From the NCBI GenBank assembly GCA_963675495.1, contig OY776215.1, forward strand, positions 1,664,001 through 1,728,000: a stretch of DNA of 64,000 nt, in the 5' to 3' direction. The first letter of the stretch is position 1. Every line of letters begins with the position of its first letter. A model generated the notes under the pieces. That model was not told where the DNA came from, did not search any database, and was given only the letters and a program-made list of their open reading frames with translations. Both the position numbers and the translations under genes were made by a program. Shown here piece after piece: positions 30,042 through 41,674 of this stretch. This stretch comes from an uncultured Methanolobus sp. (lineage in GTDB: Archaea > Halobacteriota > Methanosarcinia > Methanosarcinales > Methanosarcinaceae).

Positions 30042-32303
30042 ATGATAATTGGGAAAATAATGGCTGAGGATGATAATTTTTCAACTAACGCTCAAGAGCC
30101 TACTTTGCAGGAGCAAGTTCATGAACACAAAGTAGCCAAAGGCAAGCTTTTCGGTACCTTTGATGGTGTTTTCACACCAACAATGCTCACAATCCTGGGA
30201 GTGATAATGTACCTGAGAGAAGGATGGATAGTTGGAAATGCAGGTCTTCTGGGTGCCTGGCTCATTATTTTACTTTCATGTAGTATCACATTCCTAACGG
30301 GATTGTCACTCTCGTCAATCACAACAAATATCCGTATTGGTGCAGGTGGTGCTTTCTCTATAATATCTCAATCATTGGGACTTGAAGTAGGAGGAAGCAT
30401 CGGCATTCCACTTTATCTGGCACAAGCTCTTGCAGTGGCCATGTATATATTTGGATTCCGTACCGGCTGGCAATGGATCTTCCCAGACCATCCGGCAATT
30501 CTTATAGATCTTGGTACTTTTGCAGCTCTTTTCATCATTGCTTACATAAGTGCCACTCTTGCATTCAGGATCCAGTACGTAATTATGGCAATCATTGCCG
30601 GTTCCCTAATCTCCGTATTCTGGACGTTATATTCGGTCCCGTTGCAACAACCCATAACATGGTGGGGAACATTTCCGGGTTCTCCTGAGAACATGTTCAC
30701 AGGAATTGGGTTCTGGGCACTTTTTGCAGTGTTCTTCCCTGCAGCCACAGGTATAATGGCCGGAGCGAACATGTCAGGAGAACTGAAAAACCCACGTAAA
30801 AATATTCCTGTGGGTACCATGTCAGCGATTATATTAAGCACAATAATTTATCTTTTGCTGGCTTACTGGCTTATACGCTCTGCAACCCCAGGTGAACTTG
30901 TCAGCAATTACACTATAATGATAGACAAGGCCGCATGGGGTCCTATAGTTGTGGCAGGCCTACTTGGAGCAACATTTTCTTCTGCGCTATCTTCCATCGT
31001 TGGTGCACCAAGAATATTGCAAGCTCTTGGAGATAGCCAAATTCTTCCAAAAAGCAAATGGTTCTCTATAAGAACACAATCTGGCGAACCCAGAAACTCT
31101 ATAATATTCACAGGTATTATTGTACTTCTTGCATTGATGCTTCGAGACCTCAATGCTATTGCTCCTCTTATTACCATGTTCTTCCTGCTCACATATGCAA
31201 TGATCAATGTTGTGGTGTTCATGGAGCAAAGTCTGAACCTGGTAAGTTTCAGGCCTCTTTTCAGAATACCCCGGGCTGTATCATTCCTTGGAGCAGCAGG
31301 TTGTCTCTTTGTCATGTTCACAGTAAACTCTACATTCAGTCTTGTGGCAGTGGTAATTGTTGTATCTATACATAGTGTTCTTTTGCGCAAACATCTTAAA
31401 GCACCTTTTGGAGATGTGCGCAGCGGACTTTTTGTAGCACTGGCTGAATGGGCAGCAAAAAGAGTTAATGAGCTTACTGCATCCAGGGAAAGAGCATGGA
31501 GAGCAAACATATTGGTTCCTGTGGAAGACCCACAAGAACTAAGAGGTATGTTCAATCTGATAAGAGACATCGCCTATCCAAAAGGGTTTATCAAACTTTT
31601 AGGTCTGACTGGCAAAGTAGAAGACAAGGAACTATATTCAAGACTACCGGACATCACACAATCATTTCAGGATGAAGGTGTTTTCTCATCATGGACGATA
31701 ATAGATGTCCCAGCTTTTGAAGATAACCTTATTGCAGGTATGGAAGCTCTGGGGGGGGCATTTTTCCGCCCAAATATCATACTCCTGACACCACCATTAG
31801 CAAAAGAGCGAGAAGAGGACATTAGGATACTTGTACAAAAGGCATTGCAGAACCATATAGGTGCTGTGATATATGCAGCTCATCCGAAATCCGGCCTTGG
31901 AAGACATAAATCTATCAACCTCTGGATAGATGACAAAAGCCCGGACTGGGAGATCAGCATGAACCTCGGAAATATGGACCTTGCAATTCTAATAGCATAC
32001 AAGCTCAAAAGAAAATGGGAAGCTTCACTGAACCTCATAAGCGCGGTTGATGATTATGGACAGAAAAGGAAAGCTGAAGAATACATTAAGACGCTGGCTG
32101 AGCTGGCGAGACTTCCAAACGTGAACACTTATGCTTTAAAGGGAGAAATAGAAAGCGTAGTCCAGGAAGTTCCTCAGGCAGCCCTGAATATATTCAATCT
32201 TACCTCTGAGCCGGATTTTGAATTCATCCGCAGAATGGTAGAGCTGACAGGTTCATCCTGCCTCTTCACACTCGACTCTGGAGATGAAAACGCACTGGCA
32301 TGA
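30042..32303 (+). CDS. Cation-chloride cotransporter / amino-acid permease (SLC12-like)
   Basis: GTFDGVFTPT, FFPAATGIMAGANMSGELKNP, APRILQAL; large cytoplasmic C-domain. Confidence 0.88.
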   Translation: MIIGKIMAEDDNFSTNAQEPTLQEQVHEHKVAKGKLFGTFDGVFTPTMLTILGVIMYLREGWIVGNAGLLGAWLIILLSCSITFLTGLSLSSITTNIRIGAGGAFSIISQSLGLEVGGSIGIPLYLAQALAVAMYIFGFRTGWQWIFPDHPAILIDLGTFAALFIIAYISATLAFRIQYVIMAIIAGSLISVFWTLYSVPLQQPITWWGTFPGSPENMFTGIGFWALFAVFFPAATGIMAGANMSGELKNPRKNIPVGTMSAIILSTIIYLLLAYWLIRSATPGELVSNYTIMIDKAAWGPIVVAGLLGATFSSALSSIVGAPRILQALGDSQILPKSKWFSIRTQSGEPRNSIIFTGIIVLLALMLRDLNAIAPLITMFFLLTYAMINVVVFMEQSLNLVSFRPLFRIPRAVSFLGAAGCLFVMFTVNSTFSLVAVVIVVSIHSVLLRKHLKAPFGDVRSGLFVALAEWAAKRVNELTASRERAWRANILVPVEDPQELRGMFNLIRDIAYPKGFIKLLGLTGKVEDKELYSRLPDITQSFQDEGVFSSWTIIDVPAFEDNLIAGMEALGGAFFRPNIILLTPPLAKEREEDIRILVQKALQNHIGAVIYAAHPKSGLGRHKSINLWIDDKSPDWEISMNLGNMDLAILIAYKLKRKWEASLNLISAVDDYGQKRKAEEYIKTLAELARLPNVNTYALKGEIESVVQEVPQAALNIFNLTSEPDFEFIRRMVELTGSSCLFTLDSGDENALA

Positions 32304-32381
32304 TGAGAATAATAACTACAATTTTAATGTCAGGTAAAAACCGATTGAAATAACTATAATTTATACTGCAAAAAATAGGTT

Positions 32382-32437
32382 GAGCCAGCGGTGATAAGTC
32401 GCTGGCTGCTAGGGAAGTGATAAACTAATTTATCACA
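32382..32437. terminator. Two hairpins between convergent transporter and mtmB genes
   Basis: AGCCAGCG...CGCTGGCT and GTGATAAA...TTTATCAC inverted repeats. Confidence 0.5.
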
Positions 32438-32450
32438 AGTATTTTTGGAC

Positions 32451-33827
32451 TTAGAATACAAGTCCGAGCTCTTCGAGCTTTTTGCGTGCGCCGTCGTAGA
32501 CCTTGACGTATTCGTCGGTTGGTGTTACGGTTGCAACATCGTAACATTCCTGGAATGTCTTTCCAGCTGGTGCCTTTGCATAATCGTTCTCGTAGAGTTT
32601 GACAAGGTTGTCGAGGATACCATTGACCTCTCCAATATCCATGCCTGAAGTTGCTCTTGCGACTTCTCCCATCATCCTTGCTTCCATACCTGTGGTCTTG
32701 TCCTGGACAACACCTTTTGCAGATGCAACACCGGAGAGGATCTCACGGCCGGATGCTGTGTCGGTCATAGACTGTGCGGATGCTTCAAGCAAACACATTT
32801 CGGTACATGGACCTGCACATGGATAGTACTGGTTACCGGAAATCATGTCTGTGAATTCTGAGATTGTTGCACATGCCCATCCAGCGATCTGAAGGGTTTC
32901 ACGGGTGTTTGTGGATCCCCAGCGGATGTGGACCGGACCATCAAGATGCCAGCTTGCATTGCTCATCACAAATGCATTGATGTGGGTTGCGATGTCAACA
33001 ATTGTGGTTTCTTCTATGCCACCGGCATATCCACCAAAGATAGGCATCTGTTCATCCATGATGATGTCACTGTTACCCTGATAGTGTGCCATCACACTGA
33101 TAGCGTCAAGGTCGATCTTAAGCTCATTGAGCTGTGATACTTCGTGACTGTCGCTGCAGACCTGGCCACCGGCACAGTCTGAAGCGATATTTCCCTGAGC
33201 GGACAGGGAAGTCTCTGGTCCCTATATGCCCATGCCTGGCCTTCCGGCCATTGCAGCTGCAGCCTTGATGAGCCTTGTCTCGGTCTTGGCAGCCAGGATC
33301 TCGTATGGACTCTTTGGAATTGTTGGCTTTCCACGAACAGACATAATGACACCATCAACAATAGTGTCGACTTCCTTCTCAAGAGCGTAGCTCATGTGAA
33401 CAGGCATGAAAACGTCTTCAGAAATTGGAGAACCGGTTGGACCACCCTGTATTATTGGCTTTCTCTTGTCACCAACACTTCTTTTTCTGACGTTTACTGC
33501 GTCTCTGCCGGTTCCAAGAACAAATTCCTTCTGAACATTGTTGATAGCATCCCATATCTCATCCTCAGTATATTTTACTACACGACTTGTGTCGGTACAG
33601 AATATACCACAGTCAAGGAGCATCTCAAAACCTGCTTTGAACAGGTTTTCCATCATGCCCTTGTCGGTTGGGACGAATTCGTTCTTGAAGTCAAGCTTAT
33701 ATTTCTGCTTGAGCTCCATTGCCTTCATAGGAATGGTCATGAGGTCCCAGTCATCCTGGGTCATCTTTGTACCTTTCTTTGCACGCTCGTAGAATTCGTA
33801 ACAATCCATTGATCTTGAAAATGTCAT
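32451..33827 (-). CDS. mtmB: Monomethylamine:corrinoid methyltransferase, pyrrolysine-containing (TAG at 33222-33224, codon 202)
   Basis: Two track ORFs in one frame joined by TAG: AGRPGMGI-O-GPETSLS; 458 aa. Confidence 0.96.
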
Positions 33828-33840
33828 AATATGTGCCTCC

Positions 33841-34497
33841 TTATTTCATAATTTCCAATGCTACACGAGCTGCATCTGCTGCATTCTCTGCTGTTGCATC
33901 TGCTCCGATCTCTGCGATCCAGCCATCTGAAACTGGTGCACCACCGAACATGATCTTAACATCATCTCTAAGACCTTCTTCCTTGAGCATCTCTACTGTG
34001 TCCTTCTGGCCAAGCATGGATGTTGTCATGAGTGCTGAGCCTACAAGAATTACCTTCTTGCCCTTGTTCTTTGCAATTTCTTCAACGATCTTGTCATTTG
34101 GAACATCTACTCCCATATCAAGGATGGTAAAGCCGTTTGCACCAAGCATTGTTGTTACAAGGCGGTGGCCGATATCGTGAATGTCGCCTTCCTGCACATA
34201 AGTGATAGCAAGACCTACACCTTCATCGTCTGCTCCCTTTTCTTCTGCAAGTATAGGAACCAAAATTTCCATTGCAGCGTTCATTGCCTTTGCAGACATC
34301 ATGATCTGTGGAAGGTATACCTCTGCTGCTTCAAACTTATCTCCAATGATCTTCATACCTACTGAAAGACCGCCATTGATGATCTCAACTGCAGTGAGTC
34401 CACTGTCAAGAGCTTCCTGGGTAGCTGCTGCACTACCGTTGATGTTCTGGGTAACGATTATATCTCTGAGTTTGTCTAACATTTCCTGATTTGACAT
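33841..34497 (-). CDS. mtmC: Monomethylamine corrinoid protein
   Basis: GDIHDIGH B12-binding motif, SALMTTS, directly upstream of mtmB. Confidence 0.93.
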   Translation of the reverse strand: MSNQEMLDKLRDIIVTQNINGSAAATQEALDSGLTAVEIINGGLSVGMKIIGDKFEAAEVYLPQIMMSAKAMNAAMEILVPILAEEKGADDEGVGLAITYVQEGDIHDIGHRLVTTMLGANGFTILDMGVDVPNDKIVEEIAKNKGKKVILVGSALMTTSMLGQKDTVEMLKEEGLRDDVKIMFGGAPVSDGWIAEIGADATAENAADAARVALEIMK

Positions 34498-34716
34498 GTT
34501 TTGCCTCCTTATGTGATAGTAGTTGTAATCAAGATAGAAAGCAATGTTTTCGCTTTCTGAACGTTGCCTGTATCCCGCTTTAAGTTACAGGCGCACGGTA
34601 ACCATGTACCGTATCACTACTATTTATATTTTATGTTTACTAAGATAATGGTATAAAAAAGTGCCATAAGCCCCATTAATAATGGAACTTATCAGGCAAT
34701 ACCAAATATAATTAAT

Positions 34717-36120
34717 TTACTCGATCTGCTTTCTGAATTTGTCACAGCAGTTGATGTCAATTCCAAGAAGTTTCTCGATGTTCATCTTAGCTGCAATTCC
34801 TTTTGGAGCACCTGCAACTGAAGTGATTACACCGATACCAAGCTCTTCCCTTAGTTCCCTCATTACATACTCATCACTGAGGTCGTCTGTGGTAACGTCA
34901 AGCTTCTTGGCAACGAAGTCCTTTGCTTCTCCAATTCTCATGCTCTTTGCAAGCTGCATCCTTGCAACAAGGTCACCAGCAGCTCTGATTCCGCTCATTC
35001 CGGAAGTCATTATGTGGGAGATCGGCATACCCATCGGGTCGCCGACCCCTATCTATATTCCATCCACGCCGGCGACTTCGACCATCGCCTTGCTTGCTCT
35101 TGAAACAGCGTCAATTGTTGGGGTCTCGAACATTGGGATACTGCCTACACCCATTCCCATGTTCACATGACAGGGGATAGAGGAAGCTTTAACGGCTGCC
35201 TTGGTGAAGGTAACAGCTCTTCCAAGGTTCCATGCAGATGATTTACTGGTATTTGTGTTGCATACAGGACCAAAGACATTTGCACCGGCCTTTGCTGCAA
35301 GTGGAGCCTGCTGATGTGGCCACAGACCTGCAAGTACTGTACCGTCATATTCCATCTCACCGTGAAGACCGAGCAAAAGCTCTCCAGCCATACCTGCTTC
35401 GATATAGATGTCAGGGAACTGCTTTCTCAGTGCCTCGATTGCATGAAGGGAGGCAAACATGTCACCGTCTCCTGCAGCACCGATAGTATCGAAGTTAACA
35501 CCATCTGCACCGGATGCCATGAGTTTCTGCATGATCCATACAGTGTCTCTTGTAAGGTGTTCAGCTGAATGTTCCATGGATTCCTGTGCTTCCTTGATCT
35601 TGAAAGCTTTCATAAGGTCGCCTGGGTTCTCGAAAGGACCATCAGGTGTGTAGTACAATCCCATGTTTGGCATTGCACCGTAAAGAAGAGGAACTACCAT
35701 GTTCTGCTGGCAGACTTCCATTGTCTGCATTTCCTGTGAGATCACAGGTTTTACAGGTTTGTAACTGTAGTCGATGTGACCTAATTCCATTGTGTCAGCA
35801 CCGAATGCTCTCTCGTGCATCATTGCACCAACGAGCCTGCTGGATGGGATACCTACTCCGCTGTTACCCTGGTCACCGTCAATTCTGATGGTTCCGATAT
35901 CGTGGGTCACTGGGACTTCCATACCTTGTTCGACACCAACCATCCTTGAAGGCATGGTTAAGATTTCTACAAGTTTGTCGATCTCATCTTCACTAAGGTT
36001 AGGGATCTCACCAAGGTCTGCAGCATCTGCCATACCTGCTTTAAGGTCAGCGATGATCTGCTCCTTTGTCATGAAAATACGCTTTCCGTCTCCCATTCTA
36101 AGTTTATATTCTGTTGCCAT
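34717..36120 (-). CDS. mtbB: Dimethylamine:corrinoid methyltransferase, pyrrolysine-containing (TAG at 35053-35055, codon 356), copy 1
   Basis: [12 protein letters not shown]...[15 protein letters not shown]; 467 aa across the amber codon. Confidence 0.96.
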
Positions 36121-36773
36121 AAAAATCACCTCATTTAAAGCAGGAGTTCCTTAGCTTTTATTACAGCTTCACTGGCGTTCTCTGCATAGCAGTCTGCACC
36201 GATCTTTTCAGCCCATGCTTCTGTTGCTGGAGCTCCGCCGACCATTACCTTGATATTATCTCTAATACCGTTCTCTTTGAGCATTTCAATGACTTCTTTC
36301 TGGGCACCGAGAGTGGTTGTCATAAGAGCGGACATACCTACCATGTCTGCATTTGTTTCTTTGATCTTGTCAATGAAGTTCTGCAGAGGAACATCCCTGC
36401 CGATATCGTGGACTTCAAAACCTGCTGACTGAAGCATGGTTGAGACAATGGACTTGCCAATGTCATGAACGTCACCTTCGACAGTACCGTTTACTATAAC
36501 GCCGAGTTTCTTGCTTGAAGCATCTGCTGGCATATCTGCTTCAAGGAGAGCGACACCTGCTTCCATTGCGCCTGCGGCCATCATTACATGAGGAAGGAAC
36601 ATCTTACCTCTCTCAAAACGGATACCAACTTCATTCATTCCTGCTGCGAGACCTTTCTCGATGATCTCAGGAGCTGAAATACCTTCGCCTCTTGCTTTTT
36701 CTACAGCTGCTGTTACAACATCATTCTTGCATGTGATAACTGCATCTGATAATTCTTTGAACATTTCTTCTTT
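34720..36773. repeat. Near-identical mtbC-mtbB repeat, copy 1 (copy 2 at 60880-62933)
   Basis: Line-by-line identity at offset 26160 with only scattered substitutions. Confidence 0.95.
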
Positions 36774-36779
36774 GCTCAT
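36135..36779 (-). CDS. mtbC: Dimethylamine corrinoid protein, copy 1
   Basis: [15 protein letters not shown], upstream of mtbB. Confidence 0.93.
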   Translation of the reverse strand: MSKEEMFKELSDAVITCKNDVVTAAVEKARGEGISAPEIIEKGLAAGMNEVGIRFERGKMFLPHVMMAAGAMEAGVALLEADMPADASSKKLGVIVNGTVEGDVHDIGKSIVSTMLQSAGFEVHDIGRDVPLQNFIDKIKETNADMVGMSALMTTTLGAQKEVIEMLKENGIRDNIKVMVGGAPATEAWAEKIGADCYAENASEAVIKAKELLL

Positions 36780-37119
36780 TTGTACACCTCATTAATTTTT
36801 GATAATTTAAACAATTTAGATATTATTCTTCGCTTATAGGGAATATAACCCGTAGCAAAATAACATACATAATAGACAGATATATATGTTGCCTTTGAGA
36901 TGAGTATTTAAATGTTTTTCCAACACCCTACCTGCATCTAGTATATATATTTTTCTGCCATATTTTCTTATTAAACCCCGGACATATGTGACTAAAATAA
37001 AGACTAAAAGGCACAGAGCAATTACAAGATCACCAATCCATAAATAGGATAATGACTTGCACATCACTGTGCCTTATTGACTACTCAACTAATCTTTTAG
37101 ATACTCTTTTTAGACCTCC

Positions 37120-37269
37120 TTAGAACTGTGAAACAAATGTTCTTGCCTGCCAAAGTGCAAGTATGGCAACGATAAGGATCACTACCATCCACATCACATC
37201 TGCAGCAGGTAAAGGTGAGTTCACCCAGTAAGCATTGTAAGCATCCATTGCGGCTTGTGTTTGTACCAT
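37120..37269 (-). CDS. Small single-pass membrane protein (49 aa) in the mtt operon
   Basis: GGAGG RBS before ATG 37269; one hydrophobic helix (VMWMVVILIVAILALW). Confidence 0.65.
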   Translation of the reverse strand: MVQTQAAMDAYNAYWVNSPLPAADVMWMVVILIVAILALWQARTFVSQF

Positions 37270-37282
37270 TTTAAGTCCTCCA

Positions 37283-37576
37283 TCAAACATATACCAAACA
37301 GGCATCTGCAGCCCGTATCTTTCCAAAGTCAGTAATTACGTATTTGTGAAGAAGGAACCCTTTCTTGTAGATACCATCCTCATCGACCTTGACCTCAACA
37401 TCCTGCAACATTCCACCTGAAGCCAGCTCGATTATATCAAAATTGATAGAATCTCTCTGGAAATTGCCTTTAAGGTTGTACTCCTTCTGAATCTGCTGGA
37501 CGATTTCGTAGTTCCATTTACCTTCATTGTTGCACAATTCAAGTATTCTGAATTTAATAGGCCTGTTTCCTGCCAT
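37283..37576 (-). CDS. Small hypothetical protein downstream of mttP (PadR/winged-helix-like appearance)
   Basis: GAGGTG RBS, starts 1 nt after mttP stop; ends HKYVITDFGK like a wing motif. Confidence 0.7.
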   Translation of the reverse strand: MAGNRPIKFRILELCNNEGKWNYEIVQQIQKEYNLKGNFQRDSINFDIIELASGGMLQDVEVKVDEDGIYKKGFLLHKYVITDFGKIRAADACLVYV

Positions 37577-37577
37577 T

Positions 37578-38624
37578 TTAATCACCTCTCAATGATTCCA
37601 TTTCGCCAGTGTCCTCAGAGAACATTATAGTACTACCTCCAAGACACAAAGCACCTCCAAGCAGAATGGTCCATCCAGGAACATCTCCGAAGAAGAGGAA
37701 GATGAATATTACAGCGAAGAGACCATAGAGGTTTCCAATACCCTGACCTCTTCCTACACCGATCAGTGGGAAAGACTTGTACCAGGTAACGTAACAGAAA
37801 CCAAATGTAATACCTGCAAAGATCAGTACGAGAAGTGTCATTGGTTCGAATGCGAGAAGTGCATACTTGAACATTGGGAATCCTACGATAGCAAGCACAG
37901 GAACAATAATGATCCACCAGATAATGTTCTCACCAACAAATCTCAGTGTAAGACCCACATCAGGTTCTGCGATGTCAAGACCTTTACCTGCGACAGCACC
38001 TTCTATACCCCAGCCTGCTGCGGCCATAAGTCCACCAAGGTAACCGATCCATGCAACATTGCCACTTCCAAGTTCTGAAAGCACACCGCCACCAAATATA
38101 GTGATACCACCAAGAATGATGAAACCAATACCAAGGAAAGCACGTTTGGATATCTTTTCACCATACCACTTTTGAGCAAGTATAGAGCCTATTACAGGGT
38201 ACATAAGTGCTGCAACGGCTGCGAAAGCACCACCTACAAAACCCATAGCAATAAATGATCCCAATATAGCCATAGGACCACCGAAAATAGATGCAAGGAA
38301 GAACCATTTTGAACATGGATGGAATTCTTTTAGAGTCCTCTTCATTTCTCCGAACTTACCAAGAGCACCATTCCAGACCATAAGGGCCAGCATAACAGTT
38401 AACGCATTGAATGCAGTGATAAGTACAGCTACTATAACCAATGCCACTCCGTCACCACTTGTGGCGGCTACTTCACCATACATTTCATCAAAAGGATTAA
38501 GTACCCATACTACGGTACCAGGGATATACCACAGACCCCAAAGAACCGCACAAAACAAAGCCCACATGTAACCGAATTTTACTCGGCGCTTATGCTCCTG
38601 CGTTTTTAATAATTTCAAATCCAC
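37578..38624 (-). CDS. mttP: Trimethylamine permease (DMT superfamily)
   Basis: About 10 TM helices, follows mttBC; GTG start with GGAGG. Confidence 0.85.
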   Translation of the reverse strand: MDLKLLKTQEHKRRVKFGYMWALFCAVLWGLWYIPGTVVWVLNPFDEMYGEVAATSGDGVALVIVAVLITAFNALTVMLALMVWNGALGKFGEMKRTLKEFHPCSKWFFLASIFGGPMAILGSFIAMGFVGGAFAAVAALMYPVIGSILAQKWYGEKISKRAFLGIGFIILGGITIFGGGVLSELGSGNVAWIGYLGGLMAAAGWGIEGAVAGKGLDIAEPDVGLTLRFVGENIIWWIIIVPVLAIVGFPMFKYALLAFEPMTLLVLIFAGITFGFCYVTWYKSFPLIGVGRGQGIGNLYGLFAVIFIFLFFGDVPGWTILLGGALCLGGSTIMFSEDTGEMESLRGD

Positions 38625-38908
38625 TTTACTACCTCCAACTTTTTAAACCTTCATAAATATGATCTGCCAATAGATGACAGTCTATACTCTTTCCGGGAAA
38701 CCGGTATTGGGAAGGGGATACGTAAAAAAGATGATGCAGTACCAGTCCTCCAACTGATAAATAATCATCTTCTTTCGGGGTGCATTAAAAGCGGGAATAT
38801 AAGGGAAATTCCCAAAGCACCCATAAAAGAAAGATAAAACTTCTGAACGTTATAATGTAGCCGAAGGATGTACCGAATGATACATCCTCACAACTAACTA
38901 TACTGATT

Positions 38909-39556
38909 TCAGAAGAGTGCGTTCAATTTTGCAACTACATCAGTTGCATTCTCGCCGTAGACATCTGAACCGATTTTGGTTGCCCAGTCCTGAGTTACAG
39001 GAGCGCCGCCAACCATTGTCTTCAGTGAGTCGCGAATACCTGCTTCTTTAAGCTGCTCCTCGATCTGGATCTGGCTGACCATTGTAGTGGTCATAAGAGC
39101 AGATGAAGCAACTACATCAGCACCTACTTCCTTTGCCTTCTCAACATAAGCTGCGATTGCTACATCTCTTCCGAGATCAACAACTTTGAAACCAGCGATC
39201 TTGAGCATTGTTGCAACAATGTCCTTACCGATTGAGTGGATATCTCCCTCGATTGTGCCGATAACAATTGTTCCCTTGTTTGCTGCTTCTGCACCCTTTG
39301 CTTCAAGTATTGGAGTAAGTACAGCTACTCCTGCGCTCATTGCCTCTGATGCTGCAATAACATGAGGAAGGAATAATGTGCCTGCCTCGAACTGATCTCC
39401 TACTTCGTTCATAGCTGCGGTGAAACCGTCCTGGATAAGGTCTACAGGATCTACATCTGCATCAATACCTTCCTGAGCTGCTTCTGCTGCTGCTTCATTA
39501 TCAAAATCTAAAATCGCTGCTTTTGCTTTTGCGATAATCTCTTCTTTAGTTGCCAT
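38909..39556 (-). CDS. mttC: Trimethylamine corrinoid protein
   Basis: GDIHSIGKDIV, SALMTTT; directly downstream of mttB. Confidence 0.93.
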   Translation of the reverse strand: MATKEEIIAKAKAAILDFDNEAAAEAAQEGIDADVDPVDLIQDGFTAAMNEVGDQFEAGTLFLPHVIAASEAMSAGVAVLTPILEAKGAEAANKGTIVIGTIEGDIHSIGKDIVATMLKIAGFKVVDLGRDVAIAAYVEKAKEVGADVVASSALMTTTMVSQIQIEEQLKEAGIRDSLKTMVGGAPVTQDWATKIGSDVYGENATDVVAKLNALF

Positions 39557-39575
39557 TTTTTGTACCTCCGTTCAA

Positions 39576-41066
39576 TTACATGCTGGCTCTGAATGCCTTG
39601 TCAGCTTTCTCTACAACTGCCTGCATGTCTTTGAGCAGATCAGCGTCTATTGGTGTTACTTCGTGGTTCTTCATGATGTCAACGACTTTTTCATGAGCAA
39701 CCGTTGCGATATCCTTTGAGCCTGCCATTTCCCAGTCACCGAACATCAGTCTGTCAATGAGCATTGGGCTGGATGGAAGGTCAATGTTCTGCCTTGTAGT
39801 CTTGTGTGCAAGGAAGTTGTTTCCTATACCAACCTGGTCTATGGATTCAACTGCCATTGTCTCTTCGTCAACAGGAATTCCCTGCATTGCCTTCTTGGTC
39901 ATTGAGATCATGTCGTTGTCAAGAACGAGCTGCTCAAGTGAGAAGGTCATACCGAGCTCAAGCATACCTGCACCGTAAAGGGTGTTTGCACCAGACAATG
40001 CGGGGAAAAGAGTAGTCATTGTTTTCTCATGGCCAGCCTGGCCATCAGGTATCTTGGCATCAGCCTACGAGCCTGCTACAAATGTAGGAAGACCATAATA
40101 CTGACCGAGTTTTGCAACAGCTGCACTGATAAGTGCAAGTTCAGGAGAACCTACAGGAGCAGTACCTTTCTTCAGATCGAATGTTGTGGTAGAACTACCA
40201 TACCATACTGGTGCACCTGGCTGAACCAGCTGTGCGAGTACGATACCTGAGATTACTTCAGCGTTGTGTGTTACAAGTGTACCTGCAAGGTGAACTGGAG
40301 ATGAACCGCCAGCCATTGCCATACTGAGTACGTTAACAGGCGTACCGAACTTTGCGCCCTTTATGATAACCTGACATGCGTTCTCACTGAGTTCCAGTGG
40401 GCTTGTAGGACAGAGCAATGTTGAGAATATAGGCTTCTTACGTGCTTCCTCATCATCCCCACCGAAGTATGCGGTAGCGATTCCCTGATAGTAATCTACA
40501 TTCTCGCCTACAGGGTCAATGTGGTGGAAGTGCTTTGTTGTGTTCATCAGTGGAGTCAGTGTCTCGTGGACATCCTGTGCTCCCTTTCCTGCCCAGTCCC
40601 TTGCGGAAACTGCAAGTGAATAGTAGTTGATATTCTCTGCCCAGTCACAGAGCTTTGCTGTGTCTGCTACGTCCTTTTCTGTCGAGTCAACAGTTGAATA
40701 TTTACCAGGTGCATCATAGTTGCACATCTTGACACCGGTGCCGAAACAGGTCCAGTGTACCTTTCCTTTGTGTTCCTGCTTGACGTTGTTCTTCTTGTCA
40801 CGGCCCCAGAGGACGAACTTAGAAGGAGCGTCACGAAGTGCTCTGTTAACTACAAACTCAGGAATCTTAACGATCTGTGTTTTTTCATCGACTAAACAGC
40901 CACCTTCTTTGAAGATAGCCCTTGCTTCAGCATCTGATACCTGGATACCAGTGTTAATGAAGACATCCATTGTAGCGTAGTGAAGTGATCTGAGATCATC
41001 CTCAGAGAAAAGCTCCAGACTAACGCCTTCTAATGGTCTTCTACCTGGGTAATATTGTTTTACCAT
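39576..41066 (-). CDS. mttB: Trimethylamine:corrinoid methyltransferase, pyrrolysine-containing (TAG at 40065-40067, codon 334)
   Basis: [24 protein letters not shown]; 496 aa across amber; GGAGG RBS before ATG 41066. Confidence 0.96.
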
Positions 41067-41674
41067 TTTCTTAACCTCCAATTATAATTCAATTCCAAGA
41101 TCTATCAAAGATAATCTTGAAGATGTGAACATGCATTGTAGCAATATGTTCTTGCTGAAGTGTAGAATGAAATAGTATATAAAGGTGACCTATGGAACTA
41201 GTATATATATTTTCGCATTTGCTGCAATTTCGTCATGCAATATAAAGATATCGTACCAAACACAAATAAAAAATAAACATGAAAACGGTACTGAAGTTGT
41301 TTTTGCTAAAACACACTGAAAGAATATTACTAAGTACATTCATAGTAAGTGGGCAGTACTATATAAAAGTTACTATTGGCGAGTTGACAGAATATAATAT
41401 GATACCATATATAAAATTGTGGTTAGCATACAAATTAAACAAGATATACAAAGAATTAGGCTTTTTGGTAATAACTTCAGGAAATGAATTTTAATAGTCG
41501 TACATAAATCCTTTTAATTTACATTATGAACACATACAAATTAAATTAAGTATGCAGCCTATTGACATTGTTTTTTGTGTTCACAGTGTTAAAAAACAAC
41601 CACAAAATATATGTAGCTTGTTTTTGCAACAATCCAACAAACAAATAATACAATAAAAAAGGAGTTTACAAAAA

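Noticed and set aside
32451-33095. Separate ORFs for the C-terminal halves of mtmB, mtbB (34717-35034, 60877-61194) and mttB (39576-40019)
   Set aside because: They are the post-amber parts of single pyrrolysine-containing genes, not independent genes or pseudogenes.
33130-33221. PYLIS-like structure downstream of the amber codons
   Set aside because: I could not identify by eye a hairpin shared by mtmB, mtbB and mttB; folding computation is needed.
41279-41494. 71-aa ORF between mttB and hydantoinase paralogue 1
   Set aside because: AT-rich divergent promoter region with several TATA-like boxes; no RBS or homology cues.
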